64,000 nucleotides of DNA from Blastocladiella emersonii ATCC 22665. Lineage: Eukaryota; Fungi; Blastocladiomycota. Location of the stretch: contig JANHCV010000002.1 of the NCBI GenBank assembly GCA_025594325.1, positions 434,001 through 498,000 of the forward strand, given 5' to 3'. A model generated the notes under the pieces. The model was given only the letters and a program-made list of their open reading frames with translations. It was not told the DNA's origin and searched no databases. Positions 20,249 through 31,870 of this stretch are shown here, piece by piece. The translations under genes were made by a program, and so were the position numbers. How positions within the stretch are numbered: the stretch's first letter is position 1; each line of letters starts with the position of its first letter.

Positions 20249-22048
20249 ATGAATGGAACAAAGACTACCAGCAACCGGCCCTCCGCCGCCTCCGCCGCCG
20301 CCGCCGCCAACGGCACGAACGGGAGCCGCGTCCCGCACCCGTCGGTGCTGCACTCGGTCCCCATCAACGACGACGCGCTGTCGGCGCACCGCGTTTCCGT
20401 GAGCGTGATCCGGGACGCGGCGTCGTCGGCGGCCGCGCTGCAGTTCCTGACGGAGCCGCACGCGCACGTCGCGTGCGCGGGCTCGCCGTCCTCGGTCCCC
20501 GTGCTGACGAAAGCGGGGATGCTGGCGCTCGACCTCGAGGGCGTGCTGACGCCCGGGGTCTCGGCGGCGCTCGCGGACCCGACGGCGGTGCCCGCGCCCG
20601 TCAACATCCACAGCATCCAGATCGGCGTCCCGCTCGCGCCGCTGCACGTTGCGCCGCTGCACCACGAGCTGTACCTGCCCGAGTCGCTCGCGCGCGAGTC
20701 GCACCCGACGCAGGTGGTCCCGAGCGTCACGCCCACGCACGTCTTCTACTGGGTGCTCGAGGATATGGCCGACGACGCGATCCGCGCCGAGGCGATGGAG
20801 CACGTGGCCGCGATCCTCGCGTTCCCGCACAAGGTGACCGTCCTGCACGCCGGCGCCGGCGACGCGTACGCGCTGTTCCAGCAGTACGGCGTGCGCCTGT
20901 GCGCGCCGCTCGTCAACACGCAGATCGTGTACGCGCGGTGGACGGCGCTCACGGCGCGCGTGCGCGATCTCCGCGCGGCGGTCGTCGGCGAGCTCGGCGT
21001 CGCGGACGTGCCGCCGCTCAACGCGCGGTTCCTTGCCATCGACGCCCCCGATACCGCGGCGGCCACGTCCGAGAGCGTGATCCCGAAAACGGACCTCGGC
21101 GCGCCGCCCGGCGAAATCTTTGACCCGGCGTGGGACGTGATGGGCCGGCTCGGGTCCGGGCTCAACGACGTGCTGCGCGCGTGCGGGCTGCCCGAGAACG
21201 CGCTCAAGAACAAGACGCGCGGCAGCGCCATCGCGCAGACCCGGTACGCCGTCACGGACGTGGCGTTCCTGTGCCAGGCGTACGCGCACATGATGCGCGC
21301 GATCGCGTACCTCGCGCACCACCTCACGGCGCTCGAGTCGTACGCCAACGTCCTGCCGATGATGAGCGCCGACGCGAACGCCGCCGCGGCCGCCATTGCG
21401 CGCGCCGACGCCAGCACCGCGTACGGCGCCACGGGACTCAGCAGCAGCGTCCCGCAAGACGACGCCGCGAGCGGCGCGATGCAGCACGAGGACGCCAACA
21501 TGGTGTGGGAACTCGCGGGCCTGATCGCGTCGTCGGGCACGCCCGCGCTCGACCCGCGCGCGGCCGGCGCCACGCGGCCCGCCGTCGATGTGGTCTGGTT
21601 CAACGAGCTCGTCGGGAAACGCATCACGAAACGCGCCCGCACACGGTACTCGCAGCGCGGCGGCGGCGCCGTCCGCCTGTGCGCTGACTTCCCAGCGTAC
21701 TTCACCCTCCTCGCCCCGTCCTACTTTGACACGGCCAAGACGGTCCGCATCGCCCTCGTCCAGATGCCGCCCGAACCCATGCTCGTCAAGCTCGCGACGA
21801 CGGCGGCGGCGTCCGCGCTCGTCTCGGCGAATATGGCGTCGGATATCGCCACCGCGCAGTCCAAGCGCGCAGCGAAACGCGCGGAGCGTGCCGAGCGCGA
21901 GGCCGCGGCTAAGGCGGGCGCGAACGGCGCCGAGGCGACACCGGCTACGGCCGAACCTGCGCCAGCTGCCCCGGTGGCGGCGGCTGCCAAGGCGGGCAGC
22001 GGAGGTATGGCGTCGAGCGCGAAATGGGACGACCTGTATGACCTGTAA
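20249..22048 (+). CDS. DEDDy 3'-5' exonuclease-domain protein (EXD1/Egalitarian/WRN-exo-like)
   Basis: ExoI LALDLEG, IQIG, ExoII LHAGAGDAYAL, VNTQ, ExoIII YAVTDV. The ORF is open upstream to 19940, so the start is uncertain. Confidence 0.7.
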   Translation: MNGTKTTSNRPSAASAAAAANGTNGSRVPHPSVLHSVPINDDALSAHRVSVSVIRDAASSAAALQFLTEPHAHVACAGSPSSVPVLTKAGMLALDLEGVLTPGVSAALADPTAVPAPVNIHSIQIGVPLAPLHVAPLHHELYLPESLARESHPTQVVPSVTPTHVFYWVLEDMADDAIRAEAMEHVAAILAFPHKVTVLHAGAGDAYALFQQYGVRLCAPLVNTQIVYARWTALTARVRDLRAAVVGELGVADVPPLNARFLAIDAPDTAAATSESVIPKTDLGAPPGEIFDPAWDVMGRLGSGLNDVLRACGLPENALKNKTRGSAIAQTRYAVTDVAFLCQAYAHMMRAIAYLAHHLTALESYANVLPMMSADANAAAAAIARADASTAYGATGLSSSVPQDDAASGAMQHEDANMVWELAGLIASSGTPALDPRAAGATRPAVDVVWFNELVGKRITKRARTRYSQRGGGAVRLCADFPAYFTLLAPSYFDTAKTVRIALVQMPPEPMLVKLATTAAASALVSANMASDIATAQSKRAAKRAERAEREAAAKAGANGAEATPATAEPAPAAPVAAAAKAGSGGMASSAKWDDLYDL

Positions 22049-22158
22049 AGGGGAGCGCCGGAGAGTGTCTTGTATCGATTATCGGTTTGGGCTTGTGAAT
22101 CATGTAACCATCATTACCGGAGCCTGCTGTCTGCCGTGTGCGCGTGGGGAGGGTCCGA

Positions 22159-22195
22159 CGCGACGCGTCTCGCGGCAGGCGAGAGACGCGTCGCG
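22159..22195. repeat. Inverted repeat CGCGACGCGTCTC-N11-GAGACGCGTCGCG
   Basis: 13-bp perfect arms between the exonuclease and GH26 genes. Confidence 0.75.
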
Positions 22196-22461
22196 CCAAA
22201 GTCACACGACAGACGCGGCCACGCTGATCCCGTCCCTGATCTCCTCCGCCGTTCCCACGCGTTGAAGGTGGGAACGAGCTCCACGTGTGAACGACGCTTC
22301 CGGCGACCTCAGCGGTCCGGAAGAGGGAGCGCAAGCGCGCCCGCAAGCTCGAGTCGAGTCGGGTGGGTCGGAGCGCTCGCGCCGCAAAGGGGAGGTCCCC
22401 GCCGTGCGATCGGCTCTCCCTCCCTCACACACCCCGCACTCGCGCAACCTTGCGAACCACG

Positions 22462-24259
22462 ATGACGATGATGGCGACGATGGCGGACGGCAGAAGCGTA
22501 GTCGGAGCACCACCTTCCCAAACGGAGCACAGCCCTGCGCCACCCGCACCCGACCAGACGGTTGATGAAGAGGCTGCCGCAGCGGCCGCCTTCACCGCCA
22601 AGCGCCTGTCGACGCTGTCCGCGCTCCTGCAGGATGCCGAGCACATCCGCGAGGACCTCGACCCGCGGCACTACTCTCGCCGGAGCACTACCGGATACCA
22701 CCCGCTGCACTCGCCGTCGCTGCCGGCGTCACCATCTCCGGCGCCCTTTGCATCGACTTCCCCGCTCTTTGCACCCGCATCGCTCTCCCCGTCCCCACCT
22801 GCGCCCGTCATCACGCTCTCGGCCGCCATGACCGCCGCCGCAACGAAACCCCCGACCGGCGCCGGCGGAAAACCGCGCCGCCGCGCGTGCGGCCTCGCGC
22901 GCTGGCTGCTCGTCCTCGCCGTCCTCGTCGTCCTCGGCGCCGGGTCCTACGTCGTGCTCGTGTACACGCGCGTCGTCGGCAAGCCCGGATGGCTCGAGTT
23001 CCTGCCCGTGTCGGCTTCCTCGGCCGCCGCCGCTTCGCCAGGGCAGCCGACGTCGGGTGGGTCTTCTCCGACCGCGGGGACCTCGCCGAGCGACGCGGCG
23101 ACGCCGTCTGTTGGCGCGGCCGCGGCGGGCAACGTCACAGGCGGGATGCTCGGCCGCCGCGTCGCGCCTGTCAACGGGAGCATCCTGTTCGGCGCGCACA
23201 TCTGGGGCGACGGCGCGACGTGGAGGCCCGAGTCGCCCGCCGACTGGAACAAGCGCATGGGTACGCTTCATCGCTCACGGAAGCCGCGACGACGCACGAC
23301 TAACGTCCCGCCCCGTCACGCGTGTAGACTTCCAGGGCGCCGGGTTCGGCTCGTTCGTGCACATTGACGCGGCCGACGGCGTCAAGGACCGCGCCGGCGT
23401 CCTGGCGCAAGCCGACGCGGTACGCGCCGCGCGCGGCTTCTTCCTAATCACGCTCGAGCCCATGGACGGCCTGGCCGCCATGACGCCCGCCGTCATCGAC
23501 AAGGTGGTCGCCGTCCTGAAAACCATCAACGACCGCGGCGTGCCCGTCCTGCTGCGCTTTGCGCACGAAATGAACGGCAACTGGTACCGGTGGGGCCAGC
23601 GGCCGCTCGCGTACAAGAAGACGTGGGTCGACCTCGCGCGCGCCGTCCGTGCTGGCGCGCCGCTCACGTCGCTCGTGTTCTCCCCGAACTCGCCCAACGG
23701 GTACCCGTGGGCCGGCAGCGGCGCGAGCCAGCAGCTCCCCGCGAAATCGGACCCCGAGTTCGCCGCCCTCGACACCAACGGCGACGGCGAGATCGGCGCC
23801 GGCGACGACCCGTTCGCGCCCTACTACCCGGGAAGCGAGTGGGTCGACTGGATCGGCATGTCGCAGTTCGACTTCGGCCCGTACCCGTTCGGCACCAACA
23901 CCATGGCCGACCCCGCCGCCGTCGCCGGACTCACCAACCTGATCGCGCCCTTCGCCGCGCGCGAGGGGAAACCGCTCGGGATCTTCGAGGCCGCATCCGC
24001 ATTCTACACCAACCCGGTGACCGCTAAGGGCACCGCGTCCGAGGCCGCTATGAAGGCCGCGTGGCTCGCCCAGCTCGTCGCGCCCGCGTCCCGCACACGC
24101 GGCGTCGCGCTCGTCATGTGGTTCGATTTCGCGAAACGCGAGGACGGGAACCTCGACCGCGACTTTGCGATCACCAAGTCCGACGCCGTCGCGGACGCCG
24201 CCAAGGCCGTGTTGCGGGATCGCACGCGGTCCGCGGCCGCGGGAGCGTCGGCGTCGTAG
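22462..24259 (+). CDS. Membrane-anchored glycoside hydrolase family 26; intron 23261-23327
   Basis: Single TM (WLLVLAVLVVLGAGSYVVLVY), LLRFAHEMNGNWYRWG (acid/base Glu), YYPGSEWVDWIGMS, KPLGIFE (nucleophile), and a DTNGDG Ca-binding-like loop. Confidence 0.85.
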
Positions 24260-24708
24260 TAGTAACTTTGATGGGACACATAGAACACTCTGTTTACTTG
24301 AAGAAAAGGCGGATATGGGCACGCGGTGCCGCGCGAGCACGATCCTGACGATATGCATCCGTCACCCTCCGTTATGGCCAGGCGAACTAGGCGGACAGAG
24401 CGTCGACGCGATGCTCCGAGCGGCGAGAGACCGGGGCCAGACGCACCCACGCGCGAAGGCTGGCTGAGGCATAAGTTCTGCTGGCTTCGCCGAGGGCGCG
24501 TCGTCGTCGCATCAACGCGCTGGCGACCGCAGCGAAGCGATCGGCTCTGATTGGCCGCGACGCGTCGTTCATCTCGAGGCGGCCAGCTGAGTGAGTGCAA
24601 GCGATCAGCTGAGTCGACCGTGGTTGGCGGGTGTGGTCGCGGACGCGACGTGTCTTTCACTATCGATCACAGAAGACACTCTTTTACTCATGTAAAAACT
24701 TTGATGAG

Positions 24709-27548
24709 CTAGGCCCACCGCGGCGTGCGAGCAGCGTCACCAAACAGCTGCCCCGACGGCTCGTACACGGTGCCATGCGTCGGGACGTAGAACCACTCGC
24801 CCTTGTGCCCGTCGTTGCGCATCGCGAGCCCGGGCAGGAACAGCTCCTCCTCGTCCTTGGCCTCGCCGACGTCGGGGTGCACGTCGATCTCACAGTACGC
24901 GTCCGCAGCCGCGAACGAGGTTGGGCGCGACTCGCACATCGGGTTCCGCGGCGACGACGAGACCAGCGCGTTGTGCTCGTGCAGCGTCAGGTACGAGCTG
25001 GTCGGGAGCACCCACAGCAGGTCCTCGGGGACCACATCCGTGGTCCACTCGTACGCCTCGTCGAGGAACTGCTGCGGCCCGCACAGAACCACGCGCAGCG
25101 CGAGCGGCGGCGGAGACGCGCCCGAGGAGTGCGACGACATGCGCCGCCGTGCTTGGTGGTTGTGCATCATCGACAGGAACCCGCACTGCTGCAGCACGCC
25201 GAGCACGTACTCGCGGTCGACGCGGCCCTGCGTCGTGAACGGCGAGGCCGCCGCCGGCGCGAGGGACTTGACGCGGTAGTGCACCTGGACCTGGTCCGGG
25301 TACGCCGCGGTCAGCAGATCGAACGTCGCGCGCCCGACGACGTGGTCGAGCGTCGCGTCGGCGGCCACCATCGTGAACCGCGTCGCACGCCCGACCCACG
25401 GCACCAGCGTGCGCAGCGGGAGGTACCCGTCGCAGTGCGTAGTCGTGTTGGTCGCCCACACCCACCCGCTGTGCATCGGGTACTTGATGAGCACGCGGTC
25501 GCGCGGGCTGACGCGCAGCTCGTTGGCCGAGCTGCCCGAGTGCGCGGCCGCCGCGACCTGCGGGAAGTACGTCTGCGCGAACTGGAACGCCGCCGACTGC
25601 AGGCCGGGGGTGGTGCCGGACCCGACGCCAATGAAGACGACGTGGTCAAAACTCCCATTCCCGAGCGGCAGCGCGCGCGCCGGGTTGAGCAGCGGGCTAC
25701 CGAAGGGCCCGCGGATCTGGAACTGCCGGTGGTTCTCGACCCCGAGGTCCGTCAGCAGGTCCGACATGAGCCCGCCGGGTCGCATCTTGATGGCGATCGT
25801 GAAGTGCGTCGCGTTGCCCGAGATCGGCGTGTAGTACCGCGTCACGTACGGCGAGCCACTCGTGTTACGCCGCGCCATGGCGCGCGGCAGCCGCATGCGG
25901 ATCTCGACGACGTGGCCGGGCAGGAAAAACGAGGGTTCCTCGGGGTACGCCTCGTGCGGGTACAGGAGGCAGAAGGTGAGGTGGTACACGGGGGCGGTCC
26001 CGCTGACGCCGGGCGGCGACACGAGCGTCTTCTGCGACAGGGCGTAGCGGCGGAACTCGAATTTCGAGAAGGCGTGGCCGGCCTCGGGCACGCGCGCTAC
26101 GGCCATGGTCATGAGCTTGGCGATGGCGGTGCGCGAGTGGATGTTGGTGCGCCGGCTGGCGAGGATGTGTACCCACTCGGCCTGCGTGATGCGGCGCTCG
26201 GCGATCGTCGCGTTCACAGCCAGCAGGACGCTCGGCTTTCCGCCGGCATCTCCGGCACCGCCGCCGCCAGTCGACGCGTCGCTCGACGTGTGCGTGGTCG
26301 GGCGCGAGTACGGGTTGGTGGCGAGCGTGGACGGGGTCGACGGCGCACCGCCCCCGCGAAGAGGCGACGGCGGGTCCTCGGGCACGCCCGCGAACGCCTT
26401 GAACAGCGACTTGTCGTACTCCTACACGGGCCGAAGTGTGAGCTTGTGGACTTAGGCCACGTACGAAGGAGAAGGCGAACCTCCTCGATGAACATGTCGA
26501 CCACAATCGATGTGCCGATAGCGTCGAGCAGAACTTGATGGCCGCCGGGATGCGCCGTGATCCACTGCGTCACGTCGAGCACGAGGCTGCCGACGCCCAC
26601 CACGAGCTGCCGGTTCTGGTCGGCGACGAGCCCGTTGAAGGTCTCCCACGACAGCAACGGCAGGTGGGCCGTGTTCGGGTTGTTGAGCACGTCGTACGCG
26701 AGCCGGCGCGCCATGGGGCTGCCGAGCGGGGCAGGCGGGCCGAGGGGCGTCATGCCTTCGGGCGCCGAGCGATCGACTTGCGGATCAACCTTGAGCGGCG
26801 GCGGTGCGGAACCGGTCGCATTGACGAGCGTGTACGCGCTGTCCGTGATCGACAGCATAGGCGCCCGGAGGCCCGTCAGGTCGTACTCGGCGTCGCGCGC
26901 GTCCGCGCGCCGCAGCACCACCTCGCCGTACGTGAAGAGCGGGATCCAGAGGACCAGGACTGCCCAGTAGTACAGGTACATGGCCGCAAACGGCTTCTCC
27001 TGGAGCGGGTAGTCGTGCGCGATCCCCTGCGGCATGTTGACGAACCCGAGGATGAGCAAGGCCACGCCGCACGTCGCGTGTATGCGTCGATTGCGCCGTA
27101 CAATCCGCTTCGGTAGAAACGCGGCGCGGTACGCGAGCGAGCGCAGGTGCGCGAGACCGCCGAGAAGCTGCACGCCGACGAGTCCGAGGATCACGTAGCC
27201 GAAGAAACGGTGGATGCGGCTGCAGTGCCGCGAGTTGGTCATGATGAGCGCGAACGACACGAACACGAGTATGGCGCCGATGATCTGCACGCCGGCGTGA
27301 ACTTTGCGGTAGCGCGCGTCGGTGCGATGGTACCGCGCGAGGAACGCCGCGCCGGGGAACCAGATGCCGAAGAGCAGCAGCATCATCACGCCGTGCGCCA
27401 GGATCACAGGGTGGTCAAAGTAGATGTACTTGGGCGCGGGCGCCGGCGCGTCGGCACGGACCGCTGGAAGCATCGCGGTCAGAGCGGCGAGGCTCGCGGA
27501 CAAGGCGGTCGCGAGCGAACGGGTCGTCGTCCACATTTTTCGTTGCAT
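24709..27548 (-). CDS. Fusion oxidoreductase: cytochrome b561 + cytochrome b5-like + FAD/NAD(P)H ferredoxin-reductase-type domain with SH3-like insert; intron 26422-26480
   Basis: TM helices with four His (AHGVMM, KVHAGVQ, IHRFFG, IHATCG); b5 motif LDVTQWITAHPGG and later HSRTA; RYYTP, GPFG, FIGVGSGTTP, VLCGP. Confidence 0.8.
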
Positions 27549-28738
27549 GACAATGTTCTGCTTGAGGCTTAGGGGTAACGGGAGAGAAACTGGCGCATCG
27601 ACCGTCGCCCTCGAGGACGCGCAACCGGTGCAGCGGCCGCAGCGCGTTCCCAGGAAGTGTGCGGTGCGCGGTGCGCGGTCGAAACGGAAAATCGAAGATG
27701 TACCGCAAGGCATGACGCTACCGGTCGTACTGTCCCCCGATGAACTCCACAAGCATTTGGTCGCAACTTGAGGCATACCGTGCGGTCAGAATGTCAAACT
27801 GCCCCTCATCGTAAACTATGTTTCATACGGCTCAACAAGCTTCAGGTAGTTATCGGCAGCCTCGCACATTCATGGGGCCGTTTCGGAACTTCAGGAAAAC
27901 CTCTTGGCAGTGAGCTGACGCGCCACACTTGTGAGCTGGTTCGAGACACGACGCGTTGCGCCACTCACGTGCTTGTCTCGCACGCTGCTGCCACACGTCT
28001 CGCAGCGTGAACAGGAGGAGCAAAGGAACCGTGCGGTTGATGGCAGTGCTAACCTTCGCTGCAAGAGCTATGTGGCTCCTGTTCTGCGCAAATTCTGTTT
28101 TCATACAGTGCAACAGTCCAAGGCTGTGGCTGTTCGGTGTAGCCGGCGGCCGTGAGAGGAGGATTTAACCTGTGGCACTATATTTATTAAGGATCAATGG
28201 TTTTTTATCGATTGTTCCATCCGACGATCATTGGGATGTGATCCCAACTCAAAGGGCTCCCGTTTCCGTCACGATCGCGACGCTCAGGGCCACCGTCAGG
28301 GCCGCGCGTGTATCCCACCCTTCAAATCCATCCATGGTCGATTGGCTGGGACAAACGTCTGCGGACACGCCAAAGCAGACCATGGGTTTGGTCGACAAAG
28401 CGCGGCATTGTCTCACACCACCTGTCTTGAGCCGCGTTCGGGGGGATCCGGTACACTGACCCTCTATTCGCCTCGTCGCTCTCGCATGTGCAGCCGGTCA
28501 CTGAATGCAGCGGGTCACTTCCATGTAATGGAATCGCAAAATGTATCTTCTTCAGAAATTCGCACTCGTATGCATTGCGATCTGCGTGCTTCAGTGCCTG
28601 CATCCCGTCGCTGCGGATGCTGCGTTCAAGATCGCAGTCAACTTGCCATTTGACGATCCCGGTGCGGCATCATGTTAAGTTAACGTCCTCAATCTGGCTC
28701 ACGAGCGCCAGTGCCATCATCCAGGCCTTGGGCCGACC

Positions 28739-31656
28739 ATGAATGGCATTCGCGACTTTGTCGACCTGCTCGCCGCGTCGCTCAACTCCACGGCTTCCTC
28801 AGAAAACGTCACGTTTGAGCTCGTGCACCACAACACCGGGTATACGAGTCTCGGCAGCACGCAGGCCGCCCAGGCCGCCATCTTCGACGATGGGGCACAC
28901 GCACTCATAACCGAGCTCTCGTCGAGCAACACGATGCCAGCCGTGCTGATGGGGGTGCGGTATAACAGCTGGACCTGCTCAGGCTCGGCCACCTCGACGC
29001 TGCTCAACGACAAGACCGAGTACCCGACCTTCTTTCGCACCATCGCGCCTGACGACGTGCAGGGCTTCATCCTCGCCAAGTTCATTCAGCACATGGGCTG
29101 GGCGCGTGTGTGTGTCCTGGCCGCGAGTGACGCGTACGGCACGAGCGGTATGCAGTGTAATCCCTCGAGCCTGCCTATATTCGTTTCACTCACTTGCGAT
29201 TGACCATGTATCCCTCCCACTTCTAGTGTCGTCCGTGTTCCTTGCCAACACGCAACGGTTTGGGATCACGGTCGCATCGAGCCAGGTCATCGACCAGACA
29301 GCTCGCGACTTTTCTCTGGTACTCGACAACATCCTGCAGAGCGACACCAACATCATTATCGTGTTCGCCAACCCCGAGTACTTTCTCCCGCTGCTGCGCC
29401 AGGCCAAGTACGTCATTTGTTGCTCGCGAGCCGCTCATTGCCGACTGACGCTCCCATGTGAGTAGGGCCCGTGAGCTGATTTCCGAAAACTACGTGTGGC
29501 TCGGCCCCGAGGCGTGGTCGCTGTTCACCTCGCTGTCGGAACTCACTGCTCAGGACCACGCCAACGCAAACGGTATGATGTACGTGATGCCGCGCGAGGA
29601 GGCGCTGTCGGAGTGGTACAACGCGAGCATCGCGCAGTGGAGCGCCGCGTACCCTGGCCGCCAGCTGCCGTCCTACTCGCACTTCTTCATGGACTGCGCG
29701 ACGGCACTCGCGCGCGGGCTCGCACGACTGTCGCGCAAGTTCGGCTCTGGCCGCGTCCTCGCACGCAACTACACGGCGAGCCTCACCGACTTTCTCGCGC
29801 CATTCGACGGTGTCTCGGGCGACGTCGAGTTCGACGCCATCGGCAACCGTAAGTCGTACTTTTCCGTGTACAACCTGTACGGTGGCACGTCGCAGGTCGT
29901 GTACGAGATCGGGCCCGACCTGTCCATCACGAACAAGGCGCCGCCGCGCTTCTAATCGGGGACCAGCGTCGTGCCGCGCGACAGCACCATCAAGCGTGCG
30001 CTGTACCTCGACTGGAACCTCCCCGGCGCGCTGGCCCTGGTCGCGCTCGACTGCGCGGCCATCGTCCTGATCGTCGTCACGGTCACGTACCTGCACCGCC
30101 ACCGCGCGTTCCCGGACATCAAGAACCTGTCGTTCCCGTTCCTCGTGCTCATCTGCGTCGGCTGCGTGCTCGTGCTTGTGAGCAACCTCGCGGACATCGG
30201 GCAGCCGTCGACGGCATCGTGCATCGTCTCGAACACCGCGTTCGTGCTCGGGTTCAACCTGGTCATCGCGGCGGCCGCGGCCAAGGCGTACCGGCTGTGG
30301 CGGCTTCTCGACACCAAGAAGGCGCTCGTGACCAGCGGCAGCTACGCGAACCGCAAGCTGTTCCGCGGGATCGGCGCGTGTCTCGCACTGCAGGCCATCA
30401 TCCTCATCGTGTGGACGACGGCGTACCCGTTCGGCCCTGCGATTGTCTCGGCGCGCACGTACTACTACTACCGGTGCCGCAGCAGCAACGACACGCTGCA
30501 GACGCTGGCGACGGGCGTGACCTTCACCTTCAACGCGGCACTGGTCGCGGCGCTCGTCGTGCTCGGGTACAGGACGCGCAACGCCATCAGCCGGTTCCGC
30601 GAGTCCATCTTCCTGCTCTCGGTCGGCCAGAACATCAGCGTCTCGGCGCTCGTCGTCGCGCCCTTTTCGTATTTCGATTTCGGTGCGAGCACGCTCGATG
30701 CGGCCTACATCAAGCACGCGATGATCGTCTATGCCGCGCTCTTCACTTTTGTCGCGCTCGCCGGCCGTCTCGTCGTCCCCGTGTACCGCGCGCGCAGGGG
30801 CATGGGCGTGGGCGGACACGCCATCCGCATCAACTCGACGGCAAGCGACCATGGCGAGCAGCAGCACCAGAAGCAGTACCAGCAACAGCAGTTCCAGCAC
30901 ACGCTCTGGTCGCACAGCTTCTCGAGAGCACAGAGGTCGATGGCGGGCAAGCACGATGCTGACTATGGCGCAAGCTCCAACGTGGGAGCGGGAACTGGAA
31001 CCGGCGTCGCCCCCGGGCCGACGGCAAGCGGAACCGGCGGGGCCGCGAACGCCAGCGCCATTCTGCTCACGCAGGAGGACCTGCGCGACGGCGATTTCGG
31101 GACCGTCCTGCAAGGGCTGTTCCCGGTTCGCGAGTTGACGGGCGACGGCGACGAGTCGGGTAGCGCGGCCGTCGCGGCCAAGGTACACCTTGTGGAACTC
31201 GACACGGTCCGCGGTACGGCCTGCCTGCCTGCCTCTCGAGAGAGTTAGCGCTTTGAAAACTCACCTCGTCTCGGCACGTAACATGTAGGCTGCGTGGTGC
31301 TCCTGCCCGAGACAGACGGCGGGCCGCTTGGCGTGGCGATCCGCCTCGTCGACCCAATCAAGCTCATTGAGCGCCCGAGCGGCCACCTCGACCGCATTGT
31401 GATCGCGTACGGCCAACAGCAGTGGGAGATCCAGTTCGCGTCGCAGCCCGAGGCCGAGCGCTGGTTCCTATTGCTGCGGATCCTGCTCTTCCAGCAGAAC
31501 CGGGACCCGTCGGCCGTGCACAGCATCGTTAGCGCGCACAAGCAGTCGCGGCCGGGCTCGGTCCTGGCGATCGCGGCTCCCCGCGTCAACGCGTCGCATC
31601 CCCGCGGCATGTACGCGCTGTCGTTTATGTCGATTACCGAGGAGCAAGATCGCTGA
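28739..31656 (+). CDS. Class C GPCR-like gene (Venus-flytrap ectodomain + 7TM + PH-like tail) interrupted by an in-frame TAA at 29953-29955; introns 29148-29226, 29408-29465, 31214-31288; 5' end uncertain
   Basis: CSGSATSTLLNDKTEYPTFFRT, GWARVCVL, YVWLG, FDGVSGDVEFD; 7TM with SFPFLVLICVG, AKAYRLWR, QAIILIVW, FRESIF. The frame continues unchanged after the TAA. Confidence 0.8.
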
Positions 31657-31870
31657 TCTAACCAAGAGGAAGGAGGTGAGATGGCCCGCGAATCGGCGGC
31701 CCTGTAACTATGAAATTGTATCTCTAGCGAACGGAACGCGTCGCTTCACTCTGAGGTCGAGGCAGAGTTCGCGGGACAGGGCCGCAGACCTCGCCATTCC
31801 GTCGATCACCCACTTTTGAGATCAACGGAGCAAGATACGAGAAGGGGACTGAGTGTTCTCTACTGATGTA

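Noticed and set aside
28172-28653. Short ORFs as GPCR first exons
   Set aside because: No hydrophobic signal peptide and no convincing splice path.
29953-29955. Reassigned genetic code (TAA as sense)
   Set aside because: TAA terminates conserved genes in the window (Sec14 at 17817, TPP2 at 44102).
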